From the NCBI GenBank assembly GCA_002269645.1, contig NIVC01000130.1, forward strand, positions 248,001 to 312,000: 64,000 nucleotides of DNA, read 5' to 3'. Within the stretch, counting starts at the first letter, position 1; the number at the start of each line of letters is the position of its first letter. The notes under the pieces were generated by a model. It was not told where the DNA came from. It did not search any database and was given only the letters and a program-made list of their open reading frames with translations. Position numbers and translations under genes: made by a program. This DNA comes from Macrostomum lignano (Eukaryota). Positions 41,636 through 53,107 of this stretch are shown in pieces.

Positions 41636-44519
41636 TCAGATGCCCTTGGATTAGGACAGCTTAATCCTACTTTAGGATTCGCTCTGAGAGAGGAAACCTA
41701 ACCTACGTAAAATTTCTAGTGCATCTACTTAAAAATTCCAGTCGTACTCGTTTATATATTTTTTCACTAAGGCGAATAGAATAAAAAAGGCTTCAAATTG
41801 CCCTTTAATCGAGCTTCCTCTGTGGTGCTGTACGAAGCGTTTGAATATGCTACCATATAAAGTACATTACTACTTAGTCTTGGACAGTTCATGGACAGCT
41901 GTACACAGAAGACAGCGCTCATTAAAAGAGAACTTCAGTTTACCTGCTTGAAGCTGTTATCTCAGGTCAGCTCATGTTTGCAAAGCCCTGCAAAAGAAAG
42001 CAGCACATTGTTTATGGGAGTTACTTATGATGGTTTTTGACGCTCGCTAAAGACAGAAAAGGACGCCAACGGTGCACGCAGCACTGAGACCTTAACAGCG
42101 TCTATAATGTTGGGCACATTTTGGCAATGCTGCCGTTTGTTTCTCGTACTCCTAAGTAAATTGGTGCAATAAAACTAACCAGCATCAAATAAACGAACGA
42201 GTTACGATAATTCGGCATTAATTTTTAGTTGTTTTGTCTTAGTTGGTTACAACTGATCCAGAAAAGAATTGCCCCGAAGACGCTCTGGATTACTCCACCG
42301 GGTGACTCTCGAACAGAGTGCCAGATATGCCGTGCATGTTGAACTTCGTACATATCTTGAAGGGCAGATGCTTCAGTCGTCAAATTGAGTAGCTCCGTAG
42401 AGGGGACAATGTCAGCTGATGCAATGATGCAAGGTGGAGCAGCAGGGCCTTTATCCATACGCTCGTACATCCAGCCACAGCGTGCATAAAAAAGTCTTGA
42501 ATACTCCACAGGACAAGGAATCAGAGCTGGCTAAAGCCAAGGACCACTAGCAGATATACATGTACGTACTGAATGGCCGCAGCGGATTTAAGGAATGACG
42601 ACGGTTTTCGGACAGTGTCTCTGTCGCAGGTGTTTAGCTACGAGCGTACAAGCAAGTACCTCTATATAAGACAGAATGCTGAAGACCCTCTTTTAATCTG
42701 TTTCCCTTAGTAAAATTCGTTTTTGAAGAAATATATGCCGAAAAATGGCTTAATTAGCGGTATTATCGACGTAGTATAATATAAGTATTGTATTTTACTA
42801 TTATATGCAATGTGTTGAATAGCATAGCAGTATTGACACACTGTATTGTAAGTGCACACTGAGCCCTCAACCAGCTGTTTTTGATAAGGTACAAAGAGAA
42901 AAAAGCTCGTCATTTCTAAATTTAGTTTTTCCTGTTCTCACAGTTTTCGTCGACACAAAAGGACTATAGCCTTTTATGTCCCCAGCTTTTATTAACGCTG
43001 TGTAAATTACAATGAAGCGGTGTCACATGCATCAACAGTAATAATAAATTATTAGGTTTATAGGGCGCGAAAGTTTGTGCCTCATTCATTATGTCTGCAC
43101 CAGCAACAATGGTACACTGTACAACGATTCCGATTAAAATATCAAAAATTCGTTAGTAATAGTTTTAATACGCCTAGTGTATGTTTCAGTAGGCACTCGT
43201 ATCATCTGTCATTGTGGCAAGTGGAAAATCACAAAATTTTCCACTACAAAACTTGGCCGATGAAAAAAAGAACTGAAAAGAGGCAAAGCTGCGCGCACGT
43301 GACACGTGAGCAGCTAATCATAATTTTCTCCATGTTTTTATGTCAAGACAAAAAATAAAGCATATATACGCTTATGCTATACTGGATCGTGAGTAGCAGG
43401 TCAAATTAACTGAAAGATAAGTGCCGAGTGGTTTTCTCTTTTTATGCTATAGTGACTCGCAAGTTGAGCCACTGACTATGCGTTTTGACTGCTGTAGTGC
43501 TTGCTACTTGTAAATGTAGCCTTCTACCTTATAGCTTTTAGTGTGTCATTGTAACATGACGCAATGGTTGCCTCTATTTTATAGCTAATGTAGCAGTTAA
43601 TTTATCAGTTATAACAGTAATAATAGCAGTTATTATTAAGTGTGATGCAATCTTCCTGCATATGAGGAACATTTCCAGGCCTATATATAAGATTGAGTTT
43701 TTAGCGAGCTACACACACAGCTAAGAGTCTTTTTACACGGCACTACAATGTGAGTTGGCTACGTCAATTAATCTGTTAATTTCAGCCTCAAACCGGGCGT
43801 GAATGCAGGAAAGTACGAGTACATGTAAGTACAGCAACATGTCTAAAAATAGTATTCACATACGCTAAAGCAATACACACGCTAATTGTGCACTTTTCAT
43901 TGAAGGGCGGTATACAGCTACGTGCACATGGTTCTTTTACCACCACATTTGCATAAAATATAGTAACTTACCTTTTGTAGCTTCTGATTCTCATTCTAAG
44001 AAATCATATTTTGTCCGAAATTGTTTTGTATTACTCTGAAGCCATAGTTTTTATAGAGTTTTTTTCGGTCAATGTGCAAAATACTCGTAGCCCACCCAAG
44101 TGCAAATAACTCTCAGTTGAAGTGCGACATATTCAAGTCAAATTGTATATTTAAAGCTACTAAAAGACTAAATCAAGTGCATCATAGTTAGTTCAACTAG
44201 CAGACACATTCGTTTCTGTGTGTGCTCTGATAACTAATTTGCACATGACTTAGCTATTTTAGCAGATAAAAAAATGAATTTTATGCTGTTGGGATGGCTA
44301 TGTTGAATTTGATTTGGAAATTGTTCTGCTTGACCGAAAAAACCTACATTGGCCTCCTACATCACCTCCGTTAGCAACAGTCTACCACAAAAGAAGCAAG
44401 CGAAGACGACGTGCACCTACACGACGGCTCTTCGCTTTCATGCTGCATATTTTTCCTGGCCTCGATAGCTAAATCTGACATTTAAAAGAGCACATTGACA
44501 AGCTGCTCTCTGCAGTCAG

Positions 44520-46240
44520 ATGAGCAGTCGCAATGACACAGATCTTCTAGACCAACTTATAACCGGCTGCACAGATCACGAAGCTGCACCGGAACGTGGC
44601 TGTGAGTTTCTATGGTAATTGCTTCAAAATGGGTACCTAAAGTGCAATTTTGTGAGCGGCCATACATTAATATGGAGATCTTGCATGAAACAAAGTTTGT
44701 ACCTTAAGAGATTATATCGCTGACCAAGGCTCGGATTCGCTAATACTAACAAATTCCTTTGCCATAATAAATCAAAACCTATTTTAACACCGTAAATTTG
44801 CAGTCATCCTAGTCCAAGCCGTAGTCGGCGCATCTCACCCCAGTCAGCTGGTCTGCAACACTCGCTTACAGACTTCAGTTTCTCCAGAGCTGGCTAAATC
44901 TGGTTTGTTTCGAAAAAGATTATCGAATTCCACATCAGCAGCTTCTGCTGAAACTACTTACTGCTGTTGCTATTGTAGTGCAGATTCCCAGACGGGGCAG
45001 TCAGTCGGTCATTCTGCAGCCTGTCTGATGTCAGTACTATCAGCATCGACGACAGCAGCCTTCAGTAACATGCGCCTGAAACGAACAAAAACTGCCCAAT
45101 TGTTGAGCAGCCGTGAGATCTCCCAAGTAACTGGAACTGCATGGCAATTCGGTTGTCCTAAAGAGCTGATAGCGTTGGTTTCAGTGAGAGCACTTGCAGC
45201 TATAGGAGACGTTCAAAACGGTTTGAAGCTTCTACCAGGACACGTCCTTGAAGCCTGGCACTACTTGGAGGAGAGCATCGAGCCTGATTTACTGAGAATC
45301 GCCGCGAAAGTTGCCCAACAGATCTTGTCGACAGATGCTGAGCCGTCACCACAGGAGAGGGAACGAGTAGTTCGACCCGAGGTTCGTGCCCAAGATTGCC
45401 CGCCGCTAATGACCGATGGCTCCAGGGCTGCAGCTGCCACAGTTAATGGTGGGTAAAAATCAGTACTCAAAAGCAAAAAAACTGTGAAATCTTAAATGCT
45501 GTTGGCTTATGACTTTATTATATTGTACATGTAACCTAAATGTAGTAGTTAGAGCATCGGACCAACGACTGAAAGGTCGGACTGAAACAATATGTGTCCT
45601 TGAGCAAGACACTTAACTCTGCATTGCTTCAGTTCACCCAGCTGTAAAATGGGTGCCAGCATTAGCTGGGGTAATTGAGGCTGTGTGTGACGATCTCCAG
45701 TCCTTGGACTGAACAGCCGTACGCAGCCTTCAAATGCGCCGAGCAATAGCTGCGGCTGAGCTGTCGGTTGCACAATCGGCCCAATTAGGGCAGGTGTAAT
45801 CAATTATGATTATTATCATTAATACTCGTATTATTTAATATTATTACGTACGATTGAGTAGCATGCTTCTGCAAAAGTCAAAAATAATTATTTTATCTGC
45901 TCATTTTCAACAACACGTCATCCCTAATGCTGGAAATATTTCTCCAGAAGTGCAGCCAAGTTTGCCGAATCAGACCTACTTTTTTTCCTCGGTAACTCGA
46001 TCAGGTCATTTCCCAGAGCCAAGTCCAATCAGCAGAACCGCAAGCAGTCAGTCTCAGCAGCAGCAACCACAACTACAAGTACTAGACGACCGATGCAAGA
46101 GCTGCCACAGACAGGTGCTGAGTCGAACCTTGTTGCCATGCGCCCACCTGGCACTGTGCCAGCAGTGCTCTGAGATCAATCAAAGCTGCCCAGTCTGCGG
46201 ATCGGCAATATTGGCCACAATTGTGACTTACATCTGTTAA
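44520..46240 (+). CDS. Divergent IAP-like E3 ligase (degenerate BIR-like region, C-terminal C3HC4 RING), 3 exons, 339 aa
   Basis: join(44520-44601,44804-45448,45948-46240) = 1020 nt with phase-1/phase-1 GT-AG introns. RING CKSC...LLPCAHLALCQQC...CPVC at the extreme C-terminus, as in IAPs. The RING is secure; exon 1 and the BIR assignment are less certain. Confidence 0.7.
45545..45822 (+). mobile_element. tRNA-derived CORE-like SINE, copy 1 (in intron 2 of the RING gene)
   Basis: A-box-like TAGTTAGAGCATCGG; GTGTCCTTGAGCAAGACACTTAACTCT...CAGCTGTAAAATGGG resembles the CORE domain; (ATT)-type tail. A homologous inverted copy is at 54515-54760. Confidence 0.75.
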
Positions 46241-46809
46241 TTGCGCCAATGTGTAGCTACATGTACTTGACGAGTGGCCCTTTTAAAGTGGCCACTTTTA
46301 AAATGGAGGTGTTGGGTTTCCGAAATCAACTCTCCCTCTCGTCTCCGACGCGACATTCGTTCTCTCGTTCCTATAGCCTCATTCGACATTGCCTCAGCTA
46401 ACGCATTTCAGGGCCTCTAGCACTAAGGAATAAGACATATTCAAGTGAGTTTGCAAGACCACGCACTGAACTGAATTCCTGCAAAAATTCCAGTAAAAGC
46501 GAGTACATGTAACTGTCCACCCGAGGGCCGAGGCAGCGTCTATTTTACATGTATACATGTACATGAATTTCCAAGATTCAACATCTAAATTAGCCATGAA
46601 AATTTTAATTTCGATTTCGAATTCCAGAAAAAAATCGAAATAATTCCCAATCTTAAACAGACATTTTGTGTAGAAAAACTATATATGACTTATGTGTGTG
46701 GATCGAAAGAGAAGTAAAGAAGCACCTGAAGATGTAGTTGGAGTTGTATCTTATTGTACGCTCTGCAACCGCACCCCCATCATCCCGCACCCCACTCTAC
46801 GTTTCTGTC

Positions 46810-46935
46810 GACTGCTCAGCGCCCATCACAGTGCAGAGACTGCTCAGCGCCCATCACAGTGCAGAGACTGCTCAGCGCCCATCACAGTGCAGAGACTGCT
46901 CAGCGCCCATCACAGTGCAGAGACTGCTCAGCGCC
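46810..46935. repeat. 28 bp tandem GACTGCTCAGCGCCCATCACAGTGCAGA x~4.5
   Basis: Directly visible. Confidence 0.93.
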
Positions 46936-47227
46936 GATTGCACTTCTACCACTAGCAAAATTTAAAATTTCGATTTCAATTTCGATTTTGGAAAATTCTG
47001 TCAAAAAAGTCGATTTCGTCTTCAATTAAAAAATCAGTTTCGATGATCCATCTCTATCATCATGCTTATGTCCAGCACTCCACGCTACCCGGACCTCTAC
47101 TCGCTCCACTTAGGCGTCTCATCTCGCTTGTGTTTTAGCTTGCTTCTGTTGTGCAATCGTGCCCTTTCTCGCCCTCCTGCCCCGCTCCAACCCTCCAGTC
47201 TGCCCCACCCCTCCAATCAATAATCAA

Positions 47228-47586
47228 TGTGTACGCCGATCACGCCACCTTGCACCACCACCCCATACTGTACATTTGTTCTTAAGTTATATTCATGTAC
47301 GCGTAGGACCAATGAAAAATATATAGTCGCTGTCTGGAGGGCGACTCCTCCCTTGCTCGCGTTGGTCCGCCTCCGTTGGCTATTGAATAAAACGACTCGT
47401 CTACCATAAAAAGTGCACGGCGAACTGCATCGGCTACGGTGTGTAAGTTCGTATTCGCGAGTTACTGTCCTTTTTCCTGCTTCTCCCTAGGGCGCGGGAC
47501 GGGAGCTCTGACTGGGGACCTGGGGGTCGCAGCTTCCCGACAGGTTAAAGCTGTAGGCGTCGCTCCGGAGGACGGGGCTCACAACA
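47228..47586 (+). mobile_element. Possible solo LTR
   Basis: GC-rich island bounded by TGT...ACA, with a TATA-like AAATATATAG followed by AATAAA. No convincing TSD found. Confidence 0.25.
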
Positions 47587-47861
47587 CTTCTTTTTATCCG
47601 GATTATTTTAATTTTGGTAAAAATACTTCTAAAATAGTCTAGATGCGTTAAAAAATTACTCATAAATAATAAATTTTAAATAAAGTTTCATTTATTTTTG
47701 TTGCAAGATCATTGATGATCATTGGTGTTTATCCATGTACATGTAACTCGTGTTGCTTATTGAAGAACAGTTTTCTTTCGTCAACACAAAATTTCTGATC
47801 TTCTGGTAAAGTGGCTCGCTTGGCAAGTAAAATAAAGAGAAATCCGAAAATCAACATGTGG

Positions 47862-47910
47862 TTTTTTTCGACGCGTTTCGCACACCTAAGTGCATCGTCA
47901 GGTATATATA
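47862..47910 (-). ncRNA. Minimal type I hammerhead ribozyme motif of the Penelope-like-element type
   Basis: Minus strand reads C-CUGACGA-U-GCAC(UUAGGU)GUGC-GAAA-CGCG-UC-G: catalytic core, 4-bp stem II, palindromic stem III ACGCGU and a GUC cleavage triplet. Stem I pairs poorly. Confidence 0.65.
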
Positions 47911-48600
47911 ACGAAAGGTGTGAGTAAGCGAATTTATGAATTATTTGTCAATGAAACGTATCTAGCTGGTGAGTAAGTATTTTGTATGTACAAAGTAGTA
48001 GGAGGTTGATTGTCCGTAGGGCGGGGCGAAGACCAATAGGCAGAAAACAAAATATAATTGAATGAGCACTACAACAAGGTCAGTGTGCTCTCTCACTCAG
48101 AATACACGGGGGACATGGCCTGCACCACTGTGTTGGAGTTGCGTATTAAGGGTGGGCGACTGGTTTTTTATGTACAAGGCTTCTAAATCTTGATCTTGTG
48201 ATCAGATGGGCATCGATCGATGATTTTAAAACGTTCTTCAGGTTTTACAAGTAAAACGTACTTCAGATATATGAACTGATCTTCTGTCATATAAATTGAA
48301 TTTCTTCTCAAGCCTAAATTTTTCCACAGAGAAGTTGCCAAACAAAGACTGAACAAAAGGGGGTCTATCTAGAGCGATGCTCTATTTTAAAGTACAGACG
48401 ACATAGGGCAAGATGAATAATTTGGCGAAAAGTGTAGTCCAATATTGACGTCAATATGTAGGAGTACGGAGTCCAACTTGACTTTCCAGTCCAGTCCTGG
48501 TGCAGGTGAGCAACCGATGCAACAAGCTTAAGACTTATATAGTGTGCGACTGCTTGTGTGGAAGGTCAAATGATCCGACCTCAAGTTTGATTGTGGGTGC

Positions 48601-48895
48601 CAGGGGTGTCGCCACCGGCAGGGGGGGGGGGAACATGTCCCCCTTGGTAGGGGGAACATGTCCCCCTACAAGGACTATTTGTAGAAGCTACATGTATGGG
48701 GAGGCCAATGCTTTGTCACCCCCCACCCCTCCTTGTGCCCTGTTATGGAAATCAATAATTTTGCTTCAGGGTGACAAAACATAGCACCTGCGGCGCCAGA
48801 ATGAGCGCTGACAACACGGATTCTGAAAATAATGTGAATTCTTGGCTTTGTCCCCCCCCCCACCATCATAAAACCCATGGCGATCGACGCCCCTG
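48601..48895. mobile_element. Putative hAT-like MITE (295 bp)
   Basis: TIRs CAGGGGTGTCG / CGACGCCCCTG. The 8-bp flanks GTGGGTGC / GTACGTGC match at 6/8. Confidence 0.6.
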
Positions 48896-49438
48896 GTACG
48901 TGCTGCCGTTTTTGTTGCTTAAAAAAGTACATAGCGAGTCATCGGCCACTAGCAACGAGTATATAGACTGGAAACGTACGGCGGATCTGCCATCAAAACG
49001 CGGCTGCCACCTTTTATGTCGACGACAATATTAAGGAAGCGAATATTATGCAATAGGTCGCGATCTGTACCAGCTCTCTCTGCTTTCTGCAAAGTAGATG
49101 GAAAATCAATTAAATGAGTGCCATGTATATGCATATGGCAGCACCAAGGACTATTTGTAGATAAAACGTAGGTTGTAATCTTCCAGTGTGGTCCTTCGAT
49201 CTTTTGCAGACAATTAACATGCAAAATTGTGAGTGCCGCTTTTAGTGACACAGTGTGTACAATCCTTATGCCAAAATGGTGTGATAAATGCTAATCATTT
49301 AATACAATATATTGCCATTGGTAATCGACTGCATATCATATTTTTGCTTACGAAAGAGTGCATATGTATAGCTAGAAGAATTTCTGGCAGCCAACAAAAT
49401 TATTATTTTTTAAATAAACGCAAATACTCGTATATAGT

Positions 49439-50296
49439 TACGAAGGGTGGGCAAAAAGCTTTTGGCAACTGGCTCATAACTTTTTAAATAAACGTTTAAA
49501 TGCAAACATTTTTATCTCATAAATATGAGTCTATTTTGCGTTTGTTCGTAAATTTTCAGCTCATTGCACGGACTTTTTTGTTCCCTAGAGCATTTTTAAT
49601 AAACGTACAGTTTCGTTTTCGGCCTTCTCTTCAAATGGAATCTATCACTGCTGATCAGTGGAGATTTTATGTTTTCATGCGATCGCAGCTCGGAGAAAAT
49701 TCTGCGCCGGCCCATGGGTTTCGCTCACATGGAAGCTCAGATGTTCGTCGTCTTTTTTCAGCATCAATGGGCCAGAGACAGTTGTTATGGTGGCAAATGG
49801 ACAGAACGTCATGCCACGTTCTATACTGGCGAGGTTTTGCCTAAATTCGTGGCTTCAGTCATGGAAAAGCAGCCAACCCGCCTCCAAAGTGGCAGAATCA
49901 CTTAAGCACCACGACAAACGCCTCCAGCCACACTGCGGCCATGAAAACGAGCTTTTTGGCCGATAACAAGCTAAAGGTGATACCGCACCCTCCATACAGT
50001 CCTAACTTGGCGCCCTGCGACTTCTGGGCCTTCCCGAAGCTGACCGAACGCATGACTGGATGCCATTTTCAGCGGCCCCAAGACCTGGCTCGCCGCATCA
50101 ATTCAGAGCTGAACACCATGACAGACATCTAGTAGGAGTACCGCGCTGCCTTCGAGGCATGGATACGTTGTCACCAGAAATGCATAGAACGTTGCGGAGA
50201 TTACATTGAAGGACTTTAATACAGTTTAAATATTTGGGACCAACAATTTATCTGCAATTGGGAACCTAGTAAAACTTTTTGCGCAACCATCGAGTA
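49439..50296 (+). mobile_element. Internally deleted, frameshifted mariner (Tc1/mariner) transposon
   Basis: Transposase remnant HHD....H...TSFL...LKVIPHPPYSPNLAPCDFWAFPKL...W....QKCI...GDYIE. Imperfect TIRs (CGAAGGGTGGGCAAAAAG vs reverse complement CGATGGTTGCGCAAAAAG, 15/18) with TA at or next to both ends. About 860 bp versus about 1.3 kb for a full element. Confidence 0.9.
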
Positions 50297-51639
50297 CGTA
50301 ATTAAAGACTTATTAATTTTTATAATAAAATTTTGCAGGTAACCAAAAAGTATTTACGAGACGTCTCTTATTTTTGAATAATTTTGTTTACCACAGTACT
50401 TCCGAGAAATGTGACACACGTATAAGTTTTGAACTTCGGACTATACGCGCGCGCCTGAAGCCACTCTCACTCTCACTCTACCCTGTATAGTACTAATACA
50501 GTCTAACCTAAGAATTAAGTTTTTGTACACTTTACAAACCACTTATTTTAAAAATATACACAGGCGCAAGAGCCAACTTTTTAAAAACGGCTGACGCGCG
50601 GCCAGGGAGTTTTCGGCTTGGCACTCCCTCGGCATACTTAATAACAACATACGCGCGCGCGGCGCGCCTGAAGCCAAACTTTGCTTTTTAATTTTTTGAG
50701 CCAAACTTACTAGTACTACTACTACTACTGAGCTCTGGCTCTGGCATTGGCTAAAATTGTAATATGAAATGGGTATAAAATACTTTGTTTCATTTAAATG
50801 AAATTAATAAATGCTAAATACATGAATACTAACGTCATCATATACTAACATCATATTAACATATTAACGTCCAAGTCAATACTAATGTCATAACGTCAAA
50901 CGAAAGTGACAGTCACTGAGTCACAGACAAAACTGGCTACCACTACCACTGGCACATTGGCCGTGGCTTGTGGCAGCAAATGAAACCATCGTCAGTGATA
51001 TATTTATGTAGAGCTGCTGTCTAACCAGCTGACAATTGTCAATACAAGCCCTAGTTAAATTTCTTTTTTACTTGGTTTTTTCGAAGTTCTAGGGGGCCTA
51101 TTCACAATAGGCCTAATCATATGTAATGAAAAAAATATGTCAATATTCAGTTATTCAGTAAGCTAAAGAGTAAAGACTAAGTGCACATTTATTTAGCTAG
51201 ACAGTAGGAGTAGGTGTTGTTAAAAGGTTTAATTCTGGCATTACTGATATTATCCTTGCTTAGATTAATGAAAGTTTAGAACTTAATATATATATATCAT
51301 ATTTCACTAAGTCTAATAACTAATAAGGGCCTAAAGTAGGCCAACTATGATTGTATTATATGACAATCTTTTAAATAACAATCTAGTAAAGTGTTTTTAT
51401 TCAATTGTTTTTTTGGGGATTTAGGATTTTATGATTCTAGCACTTTTACAAATTAGCACCTTATGTTCATTGTTCATATAGGCCTATTTAGGTCTACTCT
51501 AGCAATCCTCTAGTTTTGCACATTTAATTAATTTTTTTAAGTTTTAACAATTTTTGAATGAAGTTTTACTCTAAAGTTTTAATAAGTTTAACAAGTTAGG
51601 GTTACTGTTATAAGATAGGGTCTGTGAATATAATCCAGT

Positions 51640-52156
51640 CCATAGTGCAGAAGGACAGGTGTACGACGGAAATTTCTGTCGTACATTGAGGTTGGTTGTT
51701 GTATATATCGTACATCGTTCATTTTTGCAAGGGCTCTTTGTTGTACATGTCGTACCGTCGTTGGCCACACTGTCACTGTCGTACATCTCTGACTAGAAAG
51801 CTATATGCATAGGCATTTAAAAATACAATTTCGTTTTCATAATTAAATTAAATTTATTCAAAGTTCTTTTTACAAGGCACAAATAAAATATAATCTTGGC
51901 ATACTTAATAATAATTTTTTATTATGTGGCACCAAATTTCACATTTTTATATTCAAGGCCACACAAATGTGCATCCGTTGTTTTAATCTTAACCTTGTTT
52001 ATTTCTTTTTTGAAATGCGTATTTTTTGAAATGGTTTCTGCATTGTAGTTTGTCGTACAAAAAAAATTACTTAGTTCACTTGTGTTGTACTGTCGTACAG
52101 CAGGCTAAAACTGAAATTTGCCTTCCGTCGTACACAGAAATCCTTCTGCACCATGG
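51640..52156. mobile_element. Putative MITE with 8-bp TSD (517 bp)
   Basis: TIRs CCATAGTGCAGAAGGA...TGTACGACGGAA / TTCCGTCGTACA...TCCTTCTGCACCATGG. Flanks AATCCAGT / AATCTAGT match at 7/8. Confidence 0.7.
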
Positions 52157-52887
52157 AATCTAGTTTGGTAACTGCCACTTTAGTACCTGCCACTTTAGTA
52201 ACAAAGAATGACCATTCCAGTAATAGGGCCTAGCCACTTTGGTAACTGCCACTTCTATAATAAAGCAGATTTATGACTATCAACATTAGGCCTATATCTT
52301 TGAAGCAAAATTAGTAGTCATAATTTTTATTATTGTAATGGCTTTTGCTAATTTAATCATTTTGCTTTTATTATTTATGCTATGTTTTTATAATTTAGCT
52401 TAGGCCTAGTTAGTTAATAAAATAAATAGTTAGATTATTTAATATTAATTATTAAGTCTATTAAATTATTGTTTATAGTAAATTAAAACTGAGAATAAAA
52501 TATCAGCTATCATACATATATAATTTTTAGTCTTAGAAATTTAAGTTAAAGTAATAGAAAAATTGTATACAATTGCCTATAGGCAATACATTTAATGAAT
52601 GGATATTAGGGAAAATAGTACATACCTATGGTTTGATATAATTTTTTTCCTCTATAACACTTTGATATTATATTTTGGACAGAATATATGCAATATGCAA
52701 TGTTCATTTTTTTAATACTTTAACATCACATTTGCAGCATCTGCCATCAAGCCAATTCATTGTTAGCATATTGATTAAGCCATCTAGACTTTTGTTGTTT
52801 AATAAGAATTTAACTGCATCATTATTCAGTCCATCTTGGTTTGCTACTAATAGTAGAATAAGCAAATTTTGCTCCTATAATCAAGTC

Positions 52888-53107
52888 ATGACTGACAATA
52901 TTAGCAAGGCTACTTCTGCAACTAATCCTGCTATACAGACAGTGATTAATGATGTAGTAAAATCGCCTGAGGATAAACACTCTTATCGAGCTCTAGTGCT
53001 AAGCAATGGCATTCGAGTCATGCTTGTTAGTGATAGTGAAGCTGATAGATCAGCTGCATCTCTGTGTGTTTTGGCAGGCAGCATTAATGAACCTAAGGCT
53101 TGGCAAG
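52888..53107 (+). CDS. IDE: IDE exon 1 (from the first ATG; may extend 5' to the acceptor at 52737)
   Basis: ATG at 52888; donor G|GTAATT. Confidence 0.88.

Noticed and set aside
42225-42509. 94-aa minus-strand ORF upstream of the PLAAT gene
   Set aside because: No recognisable motif, no ATG start and no supportable splice model. It may be a decayed fragment.
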